Positions 11,047 through 20,573 of a DNA stretch of 64,000 bases are shown here, piece by piece. The stretch lies in assembly GCA_965279515.1 (NCBI GenBank), contig CBDIID010000003.1, forward strand, positions 2,080,001-2,144,000, read 5' to 3'. Each line of letters opens with the position of its first letter. The stretch's first letter is position 1. Position numbers and translations under genes: made by a program. Below the pieces are notes generated by a model. The model saw nothing but the letters and a program-made list of their open reading frames with translations. It was not told where the DNA came from and made no database searches. The DNA comes from Turneriella sp. (GTDB taxonomy: Bacteria; Spirochaetota; Leptospiria; Turneriellales; Turneriellaceae).

Positions 11047-12561
11047 CTATGTCTTGGCTGACATCTTACTCAGCGTTATGGGCAGATAAAAAAAGTCCTG
11101 CCCCAGGAAGCGCAGAATCTTCACATGGTAGAGGTACGAAATCTCGGTTTCGACAAAATGCCCCAGCGTGCGCACGTCATGGATATTGAGGGCACGCAGC
11201 AGGGCCTGGTCGCGTTTGATCTTAACCAGTAGGCGCAGCTGGTGCTCCTGCCATTCGGAGCGTACATTTTCGAGCAGGCGCTCGTAAGCGGAGAAACTAT
11301 TACGGTCTGTGCGGGTCAGCTGTGTATAGACGTTTTCATCCCACCAGTCCTTGAGCACATATTTGACGTATTCAAATGGCAACTCGCGCACCATCTGGTT
11401 GCGTTTGAGATGCCGGTGCACGTAACCGGTGCGGCCAACGCGCATGAAGTGTGTACAGACCTTCACAAAAAACACAGGGCCGAAGTGGTAGAGAAACAGA
11501 TTGTAGTCGGCCTCGGTGAGATTGTGCTGCTGCATGAGCAAGGTATCGCGGGTGAACTGGAAATAACTCATAAGAAATGTACGATACTCGCCCACCCTGT
11601 CTTTGTTGCGCGCCGCCGAAATAAATTTGCGGATAATGTCCTGGCGCAATGCATCGTCTTCAGCACCGAGATGCGTCTCGACGTAAATGCTGCGTTTAAC
11701 CTTGGCCTCTTCTAGCTGAAAACGCGCTTCACTGATTTCCAGGACATGCGCATGCGTCTGGTTGAAATGTTCACTGCCGCGGGTATCAAGAATATAGGGT
11801 GACTTGATCGCGGTGTCCCGGTGCTCCTTGACGGGTTCGGCCACGCGCGTTTTCGCATCGGCCTTCGGCACCGTTGCAAAACTTTCGATGATTCCTGACA
11901 GATCTTCGCGGAAAATCGCCGAATACGTATATTGAATCTGGCTGGTATATTCGCCGCGGATCGTCACCTTGCCGCCGGTGATTTGCTCAGAACTCGCCTT
12001 GAGCAGGTAAGCGAGACGGCGCAACAGCAGGTTTGTCAGGTTACAGAGATCGATGCGCGGATAAACACGGTAAATCAAAACCTGTTCGAGAAAATGTTTC
12101 TCGCCGCTCGGTGGATTAAAAGCCTCGAAAAGGTTGGCGACTTTCCACCAGTGCTCCGTCACCTCCATATTAAATTCTTTTATGACCTCATAAGAACGGA
12201 TCAGCTTGCAGAACTCCATCTTCGGGTCTTCAATATCCGAATCGGCAAAATGGTTATAATACTCGCGCTGCGCTGAAGATTCGAGAGCGCGACTCGCCAG
12301 CTCGCCTTCGACGTGGCCATAGAGGCGCATGATGCCCACCAGCGCCGCGTCGATTTCTTTGATATTTTTATTGATGTCCTTGCGGGTCTCAGGCGGCGCA
12401 GAGGCGAGAAATTTCTGCACATTGTCCGCATTGACAAGATGTGCCTCGAGGCCCTTGAGAAAACCGCCCTTAAAAGGAAGCAGATGCTTCGCGCACTCGA
12501 CGGAATCTGTGGGGCTTACGGCATCGTAATTAAATTCCGGTTGATAAGAAAACGCGCCCAG
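11047..12561 (-). CDS. Conserved-looking hypothetical cytoplasmic protein (~500 aa)
   Basis: Long ORF (track 11047..12678) between the AsmA-like gene and lysS, with no recognisable motif. Start uncertain: an in-frame CTG at 12561 follows GGAGG. Confidence 0.7.
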   Translation of the reverse strand: MGAFSYQPEFNYDAVSPTDSVECAKHLLPFKGGFLKGLEAHLVNADNVQKFLASAPPETRKDINKNIKEIDAALVGIMRLYGHVEGELASRALESSAQREYYNHFADSDIEDPKMEFCKLIRSYEVIKEFNMEVTEHWWKVANLFEAFNPPSGEKHFLEQVLIYRVYPRIDLCNLTNLLLRRLAYLLKASSEQITGGKVTIRGEYTSQIQYTYSAIFREDLSGIIESFATVPKADAKTRVAEPVKEHRDTAIKSPYILDTRGSEHFNQTHAHVLEISEARFQLEEAKVKRSIYVETHLGAEDDALRQDIIRKFISAARNKDRVGEYRTFLMSYFQFTRDTLLMQQHNLTEADYNLFLYHFGPVFFVKVCTHFMRVGRTGYVHRHLKRNQMVRELPFEYVKYVLKDWWDENVYTQLTRTDRNSFSAYERLLENVRSEWQEHQLRLLVKIKRDQALLRALNIHDVRTLGHFVETEISYLYHVKILRFLGQDFFYLPITLSKMSAKT

Positions 12562-12562
12562 G

Positions 12563-15500
12563 TTATCCTCCGGCGTTGGCGGCAGGCGCACTGTAAACGC
12601 TGGCCTCGTCAGAGATGCGCTGAAAAAATTCCGGAATATTGATACGCCGGTTTTTGATTTCGTCGGGCGAAGCGGCAAGGTAACCGAAGAATTTCTTACT
12701 CATCGGAATATCCGAATAGACGAAACCATCCCTGAAAACAATGTCCATTTTTTTAGGCACGGTCGTGTTCGCGGCCAATGTATTTACAAGGCCCGAACTC
12801 TTTGGCATGACCGCCTTCATTACTGTATCGGCAAATTCAGGCCCGATTCTGAAAATCGAAATATAACCATTGAGGTTTTCGATAGGTTTATCCAGCCTGT
12901 TCCCCGTAAAAAGCATGTCGATTCTGAGCTTGCCATCGGTAATATTTTCTGCCTTTTCCTTAAGCAACAGCGGCTTTAAATCAATATCTTTGATCTGGAT
13001 AGTCGACGAATATTCCATCTCGCTGGGTCGCAGTCTCCCCAAATTGAACAATGTGTCTGAAATGGTGACGACGCCGTTCAACGTATACATCTGCATTACG
13101 GGCATCACGAAGACATTATCTTTGTACTCCATCGATGCACCGACAGCCGGATAGTTGCCGCGGGGATAAACAAGATTGAGCCATTCTTTTTTATTGTTCG
13201 GATCGGGAATATCAATGCCCGCTATAGAAAAATTGTATTCGCGGTTAAAATTATAGTTCTTTATAATGTGCTCTTTGTTCCCTGCGCGGAGATTCAGCGT
13301 CTTTTTCAGCTTTAGGTCGTGCCTGAACGGAAATATCATGTTGACCTTGTTTATGCGTACGTCCTTATTGCGAAAACTGAGATCTTCGATCTTAATTTTT
13401 CCGTTGACGATAGTGTCCTTGGCTGTACCTGCCAGCGAAAAAACACCGACGAGAAAAGTATCATCGAGAATTTCACTTTCTTCTTTTTTAGAAAGCTCAA
13501 TCTTAAACCGCATATCGGGCACCGGAACGGTGACGCGCCGCTCGCGGCCTGTTTTCGGATCGGTCTCGATATCGACCCCCTGCCGAAGCGCACCGTCGAG
13601 AGAAACCAGCAAAGCCTGCCTGAGCCCCGTGATGGTAAACTGGTCGAGGTAAGTTACCGCGGGGGTCAGGCGCGTCTTAGCGTTAATCACGATATCATCC
13701 AAATGGATGTCAGGAAAAGCGACGTGTGTTGTATGAACAACGGCGGTTTCACCACCCGCAATCGTCACCGCCGTTTCGCCGTCGGCCCTCATGGTGCGCC
13801 CCGGGCTTACGGCGGCGATCTGTGTGCCAATCGTCTCTTGGAGCGCCACCGGCATACTCAGAACCAGAGCCTTAAAACCAATCGTCAACGCATCGAGATT
13901 GTAATTCACTTTGATGCCCTGTGTTTTCTCAATCGTCACGCGCGATTTGAGTTCGACCGCAGGGTTATAATCTTTGTCTTTATCGGTAAATGCAATCACC
14001 GGCAGATTGACCGAGATCTGCTTGAAATCCTCGCTACTCTTAACCGCGCCTTTAACATTGAAATCGATGCGATTGACGCCGGATTTACCCCGGTCAACAA
14101 AATAATATAACTGCGGCGAGAATACGCGCAGGGCAATGGCAAGATTTTGGGGAGATTCGCCGATGGCGCTGAAAGTCGTATTGATCTGGCCCTGGGCATT
14201 GCCCGACGCAAAGGGTGTTAAGTCAAAGCCGCGCAGCGAGAAATTCACTGCGGTCTTTTTCTCTTCGAGCGATGCGTCGAGACCGACACCGGCACCGTTG
14301 ATCACACCCTTGAGTTTTGCTTCTGCTTTTTTAATGGGCAGCGGCTTTCTTTTCTGATCGACAAATGCCGCATGATCAAACTCGAGGGTGGGAATCGAAA
14401 TGTTGAGGTTCCCCTTTCGTACCTGAACACGCTCAAGCATAATGCCGCCCCGATCGTCGACCGTATCGCCGCGGATGACAACGGTGGTTGGCTTCACCGA
14501 AAAATACCCCGAATAGGAAGGATCGCGCTGACCCGTCAGGCCCGACACAACCCTGAAAACTTCGCCGAGATTCACACGCGAGGCTCCCGTCTGAATATCG
14601 ATGCTACGGCCCGGCGTTAAAACCTTCTCGCCGCTACCGGTAAGCGTAAGCAACGTATCACCCAGAAATTTGATGATAAAATTCCCGATCTTCAAACGAT
14701 CTTCTTTGGCATTATACTCTATCTTGTGATCGACGAGAAAGGATAGATTCTGGGCAGCACGGCCCGCAAGCGCCACAGGGATTTTATCCTGAGCAAAATG
14801 CATATTGGAAACGAACTCAGGCCGCTTAGACTGGCCGTCGTAAAACAGCCGCCAGAACAGGTCGAGCTTTGTACTAACCCGCGCGGGCGGGCCCTGGAAT
14901 GAGATATCGATCGTCTTTTGCGGATTCAGCTCGATCACCAGCGCGTTTAACAGCGCTACCGCATCCGCAGGGTTCCGCGTATCGATTTTATTGAAATCCC
15001 GCGTCAGCAGCGAGAAGTTGAAGTTAAAATTTTTGAGATGCGCATACTGCCGCACCTTATTCGAAGCATCCTGGGCATCGAGTGTGAAGTTAAAATTCTC
15101 CAGAATAAAGCGGGCGAAAATCTGCACGTCAAAGAACCAGGAAACGACGGAGTTATTTCCCGGCGGGGACTCTGGTTCTTCTTTCTCAGGCTCTCTCTTT
15201 TTGGACGGCTTCATCAGCGCCTGCACGCTCATGATATTTTTTTTCTGGTCGATAAAGACCTCGGCGTCTTTAAATGCAATTTCATGCACGCCGAATTTAC
15301 CGCGAAAAAACCCGTAGACGTTATAAAGAAGATTAATCTCGCGCGCCTTGAGTATGGGCGTCTGTTTGAAGCCCGCGGGCGGGTGCACCACGACATTACG
15401 GAACTTAAAACCACGAAACAGCGAGGCCTCCTCTATTTTGATTTCAATTTTTCCGTTGGTATTCTCGGCAAATTGTTTTACGATCAGCGGCTCCAGAAAG

Positions 15501-15655
15501 GATGGCCGCATCACATAATTATAACCGGCAATGATTGTTATAAATACCGCGAGAAAAAAATATCCGGCTACTTTGCGCGTAATCCGGAAGATTTTTGAGA
15601 TTTTCCCCCGCGGCTGGGTCGTCGCTGTCACCTCGCCGTCGGGAAATTGCTGCAT
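12563..15655 (-). CDS. AsmA-like/YdbH-like large envelope protein (N-terminal TM anchor, beta-rich body)
   Basis: 1030 aa with a single N-terminal TM, an AsmA-like N-terminus (IEIKIEEASLFRGFKFRNVVV...ILKAREINL) and long amphipathic beta-strand repeats. Confidence 0.65.
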   Translation of the reverse strand: MQQFPDGEVTATTQPRGKISKIFRITRKVAGYFFLAVFITIIAGYNYVMRPSFLEPLIVKQFAENTNGKIEIKIEEASLFRGFKFRNVVVHPPAGFKQTPILKAREINLLYNVYGFFRGKFGVHEIAFKDAEVFIDQKKNIMSVQALMKPSKKREPEKEEPESPPGNNSVVSWFFDVQIFARFILENFNFTLDAQDASNKVRQYAHLKNFNFNFSLLTRDFNKIDTRNPADAVALLNALVIELNPQKTIDISFQGPPARVSTKLDLFWRLFYDGQSKRPEFVSNMHFAQDKIPVALAGRAAQNLSFLVDHKIEYNAKEDRLKIGNFIIKFLGDTLLTLTGSGEKVLTPGRSIDIQTGASRVNLGEVFRVVSGLTGQRDPSYSGYFSVKPTTVVIRGDTVDDRGGIMLERVQVRKGNLNISIPTLEFDHAAFVDQKRKPLPIKKAEAKLKGVINGAGVGLDASLEEKKTAVNFSLRGFDLTPFASGNAQGQINTTFSAIGESPQNLAIALRVFSPQLYYFVDRGKSGVNRIDFNVKGAVKSSEDFKQISVNLPVIAFTDKDKDYNPAVELKSRVTIEKTQGIKVNYNLDALTIGFKALVLSMPVALQETIGTQIAAVSPGRTMRADGETAVTIAGGETAVVHTTHVAFPDIHLDDIVINAKTRLTPAVTYLDQFTITGLRQALLVSLDGALRQGVDIETDPKTGRERRVTVPVPDMRFKIELSKKEESEILDDTFLVGVFSLAGTAKDTIVNGKIKIEDLSFRNKDVRINKVNMIFPFRHDLKLKKTLNLRAGNKEHIIKNYNFNREYNFSIAGIDIPDPNNKKEWLNLVYPRGNYPAVGASMEYKDNVFVMPVMQMYTLNGVVTISDTLFNLGRLRPSEMEYSSTIQIKDIDLKPLLLKEKAENITDGKLRIDMLFTGNRLDKPIENLNGYISIFRIGPEFADTVMKAVMPKSSGLVNTLAANTTVPKKMDIVFRDGFVYSDIPMSKKFFGYLAASPDEIKNRRINIPEFFQRISDEASVYSAPAANAGG

Positions 15656-15815
15656 CGTACCGGTTGCCTCAGTGGTTCAGGAACTCTCGGCAAGCTGCGT
15701 TGACGGGGCAGAGGCTAAAAGCGCGAAAAGCCCCGAAAAAAACCACGATTCCGGATTTTTGATGCTGGCTCTTCTTTGATCTGCCGTTCATAAAGATACG
15801 AAGGCTTATATCGTT

Positions 15816-16373
15816 ATGATCGCCTGTAAAGCACGATTCCTCTTCTTCTGCCTGGCCTTTTGGGCTGCGGGCGGAGCTATCGCTGCGCAGGATTATCTGA
15901 TTCCGCCACTCTATGAATTCGACAACCGGGTTCAGGATTACACGCAGAGGCACCTGAGCGACAATGTGCGCTTTCTGCTGTTTCGCTCAGAATTCAGCGT
16001 GCTACAGACGGGTTATGCAAGCAACTCGGGTAACCTGACAAACATCCAGATCAGTTCTGACTTCGCGCAGATGGCTAAGCTGGGCGCGACAGGGCTCATG
16101 CCCGATGGCATCGACCGCGATCTATACAACGCTGAACGTTTTACAGTACGCCTTTACGAGAGCATGGCCCGGCGCTGGGAGAGACTCAACCCGATTCCCG
16201 GGCTCTATTATGACGTGATTATCCGCAGTGCAGCGTACCCGTTTATCTTCATGGAATCCCTCGACCGCTATGCGTTCGATTTCGGCACTTTTCCGTTCAC
16301 GGACGACCTGAAATTCCGGCAGACAAATCTCTACCAACGCCAGTTCGCCTTCGGCTTCAGGATTATTTTTTAG
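15816..16373 (+). CDS. Hypothetical exported protein (signal peptide; C-terminal Phe, beta-signal-like FAFGFRIIF)
   Basis: Signal peptide FLFFCLAFWAAGGAIAA. Its stop abuts the convergent hisZ stop. Confidence 0.6.
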   Translation: MIACKARFLFFCLAFWAAGGAIAAQDYLIPPLYEFDNRVQDYTQRHLSDNVRFLLFRSEFSVLQTGYASNSGNLTNIQISSDFAQMAKLGATGLMPDGIDRDLYNAERFTVRLYESMARRWERLNPIPGLYYDVIIRSAAYPFIFMESLDRYAFDFGTFPFTDDLKFRQTNLYQRQFAFGFRIIF

Positions 16374-17330
16374 TTAGAAGCTCAGTAAGTCGAGGGCAAA
16401 ACCGCAGGCGCCGGCTTCGACGTTGGCGTAACGTTTTACCAGGTCGTTGTACACGCCGCCGCGCACCATCGGCTCGGTAAAACCTGGCACAAAGGTTTCG
16501 AAATAAATGCCGGTATAATAGCTGCTGCGCGGTTCACAGAGCGGCTGCCAGAATGCTTCGAGTTTTTCTTTTTCGAGGCCAGCGACGATGCCATGCACTG
16601 CATCGGCCACAACATTGAGTATGGCGCGGATTTCCTCTGGTAACGATTTTACCGCCGCAGGGATCTCTTGCCCCGCCGCGGGATAAAATAACCACAGCGC
16701 GAGTTTTTCAGCATCACTTTGGGGAACGCCCAGCTTTTCGGCGAGAAAGCCGCTCAGAAACGGCACATCGCGGCGCCGTTCTCCATCCAGATAGTCTTTT
16801 CCCCCCAGTCGGGCAAAGGCATTGTGCAACCGGACATCACCGATCTGTGTCGCAGATCTCAGGCCAAAAACATCGCTGAGAATTTTACGGCTGATGCGAA
16901 TGAGCTCAGGCAGGGCGTCATCCGCCTTATGCCCTACAACCTCGCAGCCGATCTGGTAAATTTCGCGCGGCAACGGATAGTTTTTACGCACGTCTTTGTA
17001 GACAGGTGCCGCGTAGAAAAATTTGCGCAGGTTCTGGCCTGCCCTGTTCTCAATCTGCCGCACATAGCCTTTAATCACTTGCGCCGTGATATCATTGCGC
17101 AGGGCGAGGCGCTCACCGCTGTTGTCCTTCATGCTGAACATTTCGCTGTGCGTACCCTCGGCGAAGGTTTCGGGAAAATCCACCATCGCCGGCATAATGC
17201 GCTCGAAACCCTGCGCACGCAGAATATCCTGCGCGGCGCGCGACGCCTTTTCGAGCGCTGCCGTCGCTTCGACGTCGTACATACTGAAGCCATAAGGCGA
17301 TGAAACTTTGCGGTAGGCTTCGGTGCTCAT
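16374..17330 (-). CDS. hisZ: ATP phosphoribosyltransferase regulatory subunit (HisZ, HisRS-like)
   Basis: GERLALRNDITAQV, REIYQIGCE, YYTGIYFE, RGGVYNDL, ACGFALDL. 318 aa, lacking the HisRS anticodon domain. Confidence 0.85.
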   Translation of the reverse strand: MSTEAYRKVSSPYGFSMYDVEATAALEKASRAAQDILRAQGFERIMPAMVDFPETFAEGTHSEMFSMKDNSGERLALRNDITAQVIKGYVRQIENRAGQNLRKFFYAAPVYKDVRKNYPLPREIYQIGCEVVGHKADDALPELIRISRKILSDVFGLRSATQIGDVRLHNAFARLGGKDYLDGERRRDVPFLSGFLAEKLGVPQSDAEKLALWLFYPAAGQEIPAAVKSLPEEIRAILNVVADAVHGIVAGLEKEKLEAFWQPLCEPRSSYYTGIYFETFVPGFTEPMVRGGVYNDLVKRYANVEAGACGFALDLLSF

Positions 17331-19426
17331 GTCAGTTCCTCGAGGGCAATCAGGTTGCGCACCGCCGAGAGCGTATGGTTGAGTAGTGCCAACCGGTTAT
17401 TGCGGATTTTTGCATCCTCATGGTTCACCATGACCTTATTAAAGAAGGCATCGACCGTCGGCTTACCCGCGGCAAATTCTGCAAAAATCGCGCCGTAATC
17501 GCGCGCCGGTTTTTCAACGAGCGCGTGCAGCCTGGCAGCGAATTCAAAGAGAGTTTTTTCTTCCGGTTCCGCAAAAAGGCCGGTATCGACTTTGAGCGCA
17601 TCTTTCGCTTCAGAAGCAATATTTGCCATCCGCTTGAAAGCTGTAAGCAGGGCATCAAAACCAGCGCGATCTTTTTCGGCGATGCTTTTCAGCGCCGAGG
17701 CCCGGGTAAAGAGATCGTAGGCATCGTCTGATCCCGAGAAAATCGCGGCGCGCGTGAGTTTCTTATCAAAACCCTCGCCCTCGAAGATGGTGACAAGGCG
17801 CGCCTTGAGAAACTGCAGAATCTTCGCCGTATTCTCTTTAATTTCTGCTTCGGATAATTTCCTGTATTCTGTATAGATTTTGAGCGAAGCCGAGATCAGG
17901 CTTTCCAGCGAAAGACTGATCTTTTCAGCGACCAGAATCTGAATGACGTAAAGGCTCTGCCTGCGGATAGCAAACGGGTCGGCGCTTGCTGTCGGTTCCT
18001 TGCCGAGCACGAATGCCGCGAGCATGTTATCCCACTTGTCGGCGAGCGACATGAGGGCGCCGAGGCGGGTCTTCGGCAAATCGTCACCCTGGAAGCGCGG
18101 CAAATAATGCTCGTGAATCGCCGTACAGATGTCATCAGCAACGCCACCGCGCTTTGCATACACTGCACCGATCTCACCCTGAAGGTGATCGAACTCGAAG
18201 ACCAGCGCCGTCGTGAGGTCGGCCTTAATAAGGCGCGCCGCTTCTTGCAACGTCGCTGCCGGCACTGTCTTGCCGCCAAAGAGGCCGGCAAACGCGGCGA
18301 TGCGGTCGACCTTCTCGCGGTAGGTGCCGAGGCCCTCGTGAAAAACAATCTGCTTCAGGTCGTCGACACGTTCGATCAGCGGCCGCTTCAAATCTTCATC
18401 GTAGAAAAACGCGCCGTCTGAAAGCCGCGAGCGCAGCACACGTTCGTTGCCTTCGCGGATATTCTTCACCGCCGCTGCACCCGAGATGTCTGCATTCGTC
18501 ACAACCAGGAATGTATTGCTGAGTTTTCCATCTGAAGTACGCAGACCAAAATAACGTTGGTGCTGGTTCATTTCAGAAAGAATAACACCATCGGGTAACC
18601 GCAGGTTATCGGCGCTGAAAGAGCCGACCACGATGCCAGGGCGCTCGACGAGATAATTCACTTCGTCGAGCAGCGCGCTGTTTTCAACGAGGGCAAGTTT
18701 TTCTTTCGCTGCAGCGTCCCTCAGCAGCCCCAGGATTTTTTCACGGCGCGTGCGCGGTTCAACGTAAATCTGGTGCGTCGCCAGTGTTTCGGCATAGGCA
18801 GAGGCGGCTTTAAGGGGAATCGCTTCCTTATCCAAAATAAAATGCCCGCGCACAGGGCGCTTTGGCACAAACTCAAGCACGGTATCTTTGAGCGCCGTCG
18901 CATCTAAATCCCACTCGGTATTGCCGTATTTCAGGTAATAACCGGCGATCGGCCGCGCGTACACGGTCGGCAAATCGCCCCAGCGCATCGAGCGCGGAAA
19001 ACGGTAACCCGACACGAGATCGTGCAGGAGCTTGGGTAAAACTTCGCGCAGCGATTTACCGGTGCGCGTCACAGTCGCCGTAGCATAGGCACCCTTGCCC
19101 GCATCTTTGAATTCAATCTTCTCGGGCGCAATACCCGCCTTCTTCGCAAAACCGATCAGCGCGGGGGATGGTTTACCGTCGGGGCCGATGGCGACACTTT
19201 GTGCAGGCCCCTGCAGGGTTTCGGTGACATCTTCGCCGCGCTCAGCAATACCCGCCACCGTGAAAGCGATACGGCGCGCAGTGGCAAAAATTTTTACTTC
19301 TTTATAAGATAACGCTGTTGATTTGAGAAGCTGCGGCAACCGCTTTTCCCAATCGGCAAAGAGGTTTTTCTGGTACGCTGCGGGTATCTCTTCAGTGGCG
19401 AGTTCAAAAAGAAGGGTATCTTCCAC
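17327..19426 (-). CDS. glyS: Glycine--tRNA ligase beta subunit
   Basis: LLFELATEEIPA, FPRSMRWG, GNERVLRSRLSDGAFFY, EHYLPR, ADPFAIRR, FFNKVMVN, IRNNRLALL. Confidence 0.97.
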   Translation of the reverse strand: MEDTLLFELATEEIPAAYQKNLFADWEKRLPQLLKSTALSYKEVKIFATARRIAFTVAGIAERGEDVTETLQGPAQSVAIGPDGKPSPALIGFAKKAGIAPEKIEFKDAGKGAYATATVTRTGKSLREVLPKLLHDLVSGYRFPRSMRWGDLPTVYARPIAGYYLKYGNTEWDLDATALKDTVLEFVPKRPVRGHFILDKEAIPLKAASAYAETLATHQIYVEPRTRREKILGLLRDAAAKEKLALVENSALLDEVNYLVERPGIVVGSFSADNLRLPDGVILSEMNQHQRYFGLRTSDGKLSNTFLVVTNADISGAAAVKNIREGNERVLRSRLSDGAFFYDEDLKRPLIERVDDLKQIVFHEGLGTYREKVDRIAAFAGLFGGKTVPAATLQEAARLIKADLTTALVFEFDHLQGEIGAVYAKRGGVADDICTAIHEHYLPRFQGDDLPKTRLGALMSLADKWDNMLAAFVLGKEPTASADPFAIRRQSLYVIQILVAEKISLSLESLISASLKIYTEYRKLSEAEIKENTAKILQFLKARLVTIFEGEGFDKKLTRAAIFSGSDDAYDLFTRASALKSIAEKDRAGFDALLTAFKRMANIASEAKDALKVDTGLFAEPEEKTLFEFAARLHALVEKPARDYGAIFAEFAAGKPTVDAFFNKVMVNHEDAKIRNNRLALLNHTLSAVRNLIALEELT

Positions 19427-19475
19427 CTAAGCAAAACGGCCTTTCCAGACGACGCGTAAAGTCGAAACATGCCGC
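19427..19475. promoter_or_regulatory. Overlapping divergent putative leaderless promoters for glyS and the OsmC-family gene
   Basis: Minus-strand TTTACG (19455-19460) is 28 nt from the glyS GTG. Plus-strand TTTCCA (19442-19447) is 28 nt from the OsmC-family ATG. Both lie in a 49-bp gap with no SD. Confidence 0.5.
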
Positions 19476-19865
19476 ATGCCAGATACAGCCAACGTTGCCG
19501 GTAAATCAGAAGGCGCGAAGTACAGGGTGCGCATCGCCGCCGGCAAAAACGAAGTCATCGCCGACGAACCCGTCGAAAAGGGCGGTGGCGATACCGGCAT
19601 GTCACCCTACCAGTTGCTGCTGTCGTCTCTTGCCGCCTGCACCGCCATCACGGTGCGGATGTACGCTGAGCGCAAGGGCTGGGATACCGGAGAAATCGCT
19701 GTCGACGTGGCCTTTGAAACGGAAAAGGGCGACACCAAAATTACCAGAAAACTGACCTTCGGCAAAACCCTCGGCGACGCTGAACACGAACGGCTGATCG
19801 CTGTCGCCAATGCCTGCCCGGTTCATAAAATTCTGACCGGTAAAATCGCGGTTTCCACGAGTTAA
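19476..19865 (+). CDS. OsmC/Ohr-family (YhfA-like) protein
   Basis: IADEPVEKGGGDTGMSPYQLLLSSLAACT and ANACPVHKIL (two conserved Cys). Confidence 0.92.
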   Translation: MPDTANVAGKSEGAKYRVRIAAGKNEVIADEPVEKGGGDTGMSPYQLLLSSLAACTAITVRMYAERKGWDTGEIAVDVAFETEKGDTKITRKLTFGKTLGDAEHERLIAVANACPVHKILTGKIAVSTS

Positions 19866-19981
19866 AATTCCCGCGTCCGATCCCAGGTTTTCAAACGTAA
19901 TTTATAGGTTGCAGCCCATGTTTATTCCGATAAACCTGCACCAGTTTGGGAAACCCAAATAATATCACAGGAGACACACTA

Positions 19982-20443
19982 ATGAAGAAATTCCAATTTC
20001 TCTCTCGATTGGCCATCGCAGCGGTTTTCGTTGCCGGCGCATCCGCTTTTGCCGACGCCAAAGCAGATGCTAAAGCAGAACGCCGCGCGGCAGCCATCGC
20101 CGAAGTAAAACAGCTTTTAGCTGATTTGACCGGCGAAACCAACAAGCTGAACGATGCACTCGTTGCGGCACAAAAAGGCAAAGAAGTGGTTCAGGCACTC
20201 GACGCATGGGCAAACGCTCTCGACGCTTTCAAAAAAAAGGCGAAAGCCCTGGAATCCAAAAAAGGCTTTAAATTCCTGAAGAAGAAAGAACCACCAGAAG
20301 AAATCAAACCCGACCTCGAAGCATTCATGACATCCGTACAAACAATGTCAGGCAACCTGCAGACAAAAGTGGAACTGTTCAAAGAAAATCCAAAGTTCCA
20401 GAAGCGCATGCAGCAAGTTCTCGCAAAGCTGAAAGATCTCTAA
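19982..20443 (+). CDS. Hypothetical secreted all-helical protein
   Basis: SD GGAGA before ATG 19982, signal peptide MKKFQFLSRLAIAAVFVAGASAFA, Lys/Ala-rich helices. Confidence 0.75.
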   Translation: MKKFQFLSRLAIAAVFVAGASAFADAKADAKAERRAAAIAEVKQLLADLTGETNKLNDALVAAQKGKEVVQALDAWANALDAFKKKAKALESKKGFKFLKKKEPPEEIKPDLEAFMTSVQTMSGNLQTKVELFKENPKFQKRMQQVLAKLKDL

Positions 20444-20449
20444 AACAAC

Positions 20450-20495
20450 TTGCGGGTCGCGGGCCAAAAACCCGCGCGCCGCAAAACTATTTTTC
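20450..20495 (+). terminator. Probable intrinsic terminator
   Basis: Imperfect GC stem ttgcgg-gtcgcggg/cccgcg-cgccgcaa just after the stop, followed by a T-rich stretch. Confidence 0.5.
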
Positions 20496-20573
20496 CCGAT
20501 TTAGTATTAATTCCGTTCTCCTTTCCCGCACATTTTAGTTTACACACTCTCTCCCGCTCATGTGCTGTTAGGC

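Noticed and set aside
15669..15953. 94-aa minus-strand ORF upstream of the AsmA-like gene
   Set aside because: Overlaps the better-supported 15816 gene on the opposite strand and has no recognisable features.
19866..19981. Small hairpins (TTTGGG-AAA-CCCAAA) upstream of the secreted helical protein as a riboswitch
   Set aside because: Stems are short and no recognisable aptamer consensus is present.
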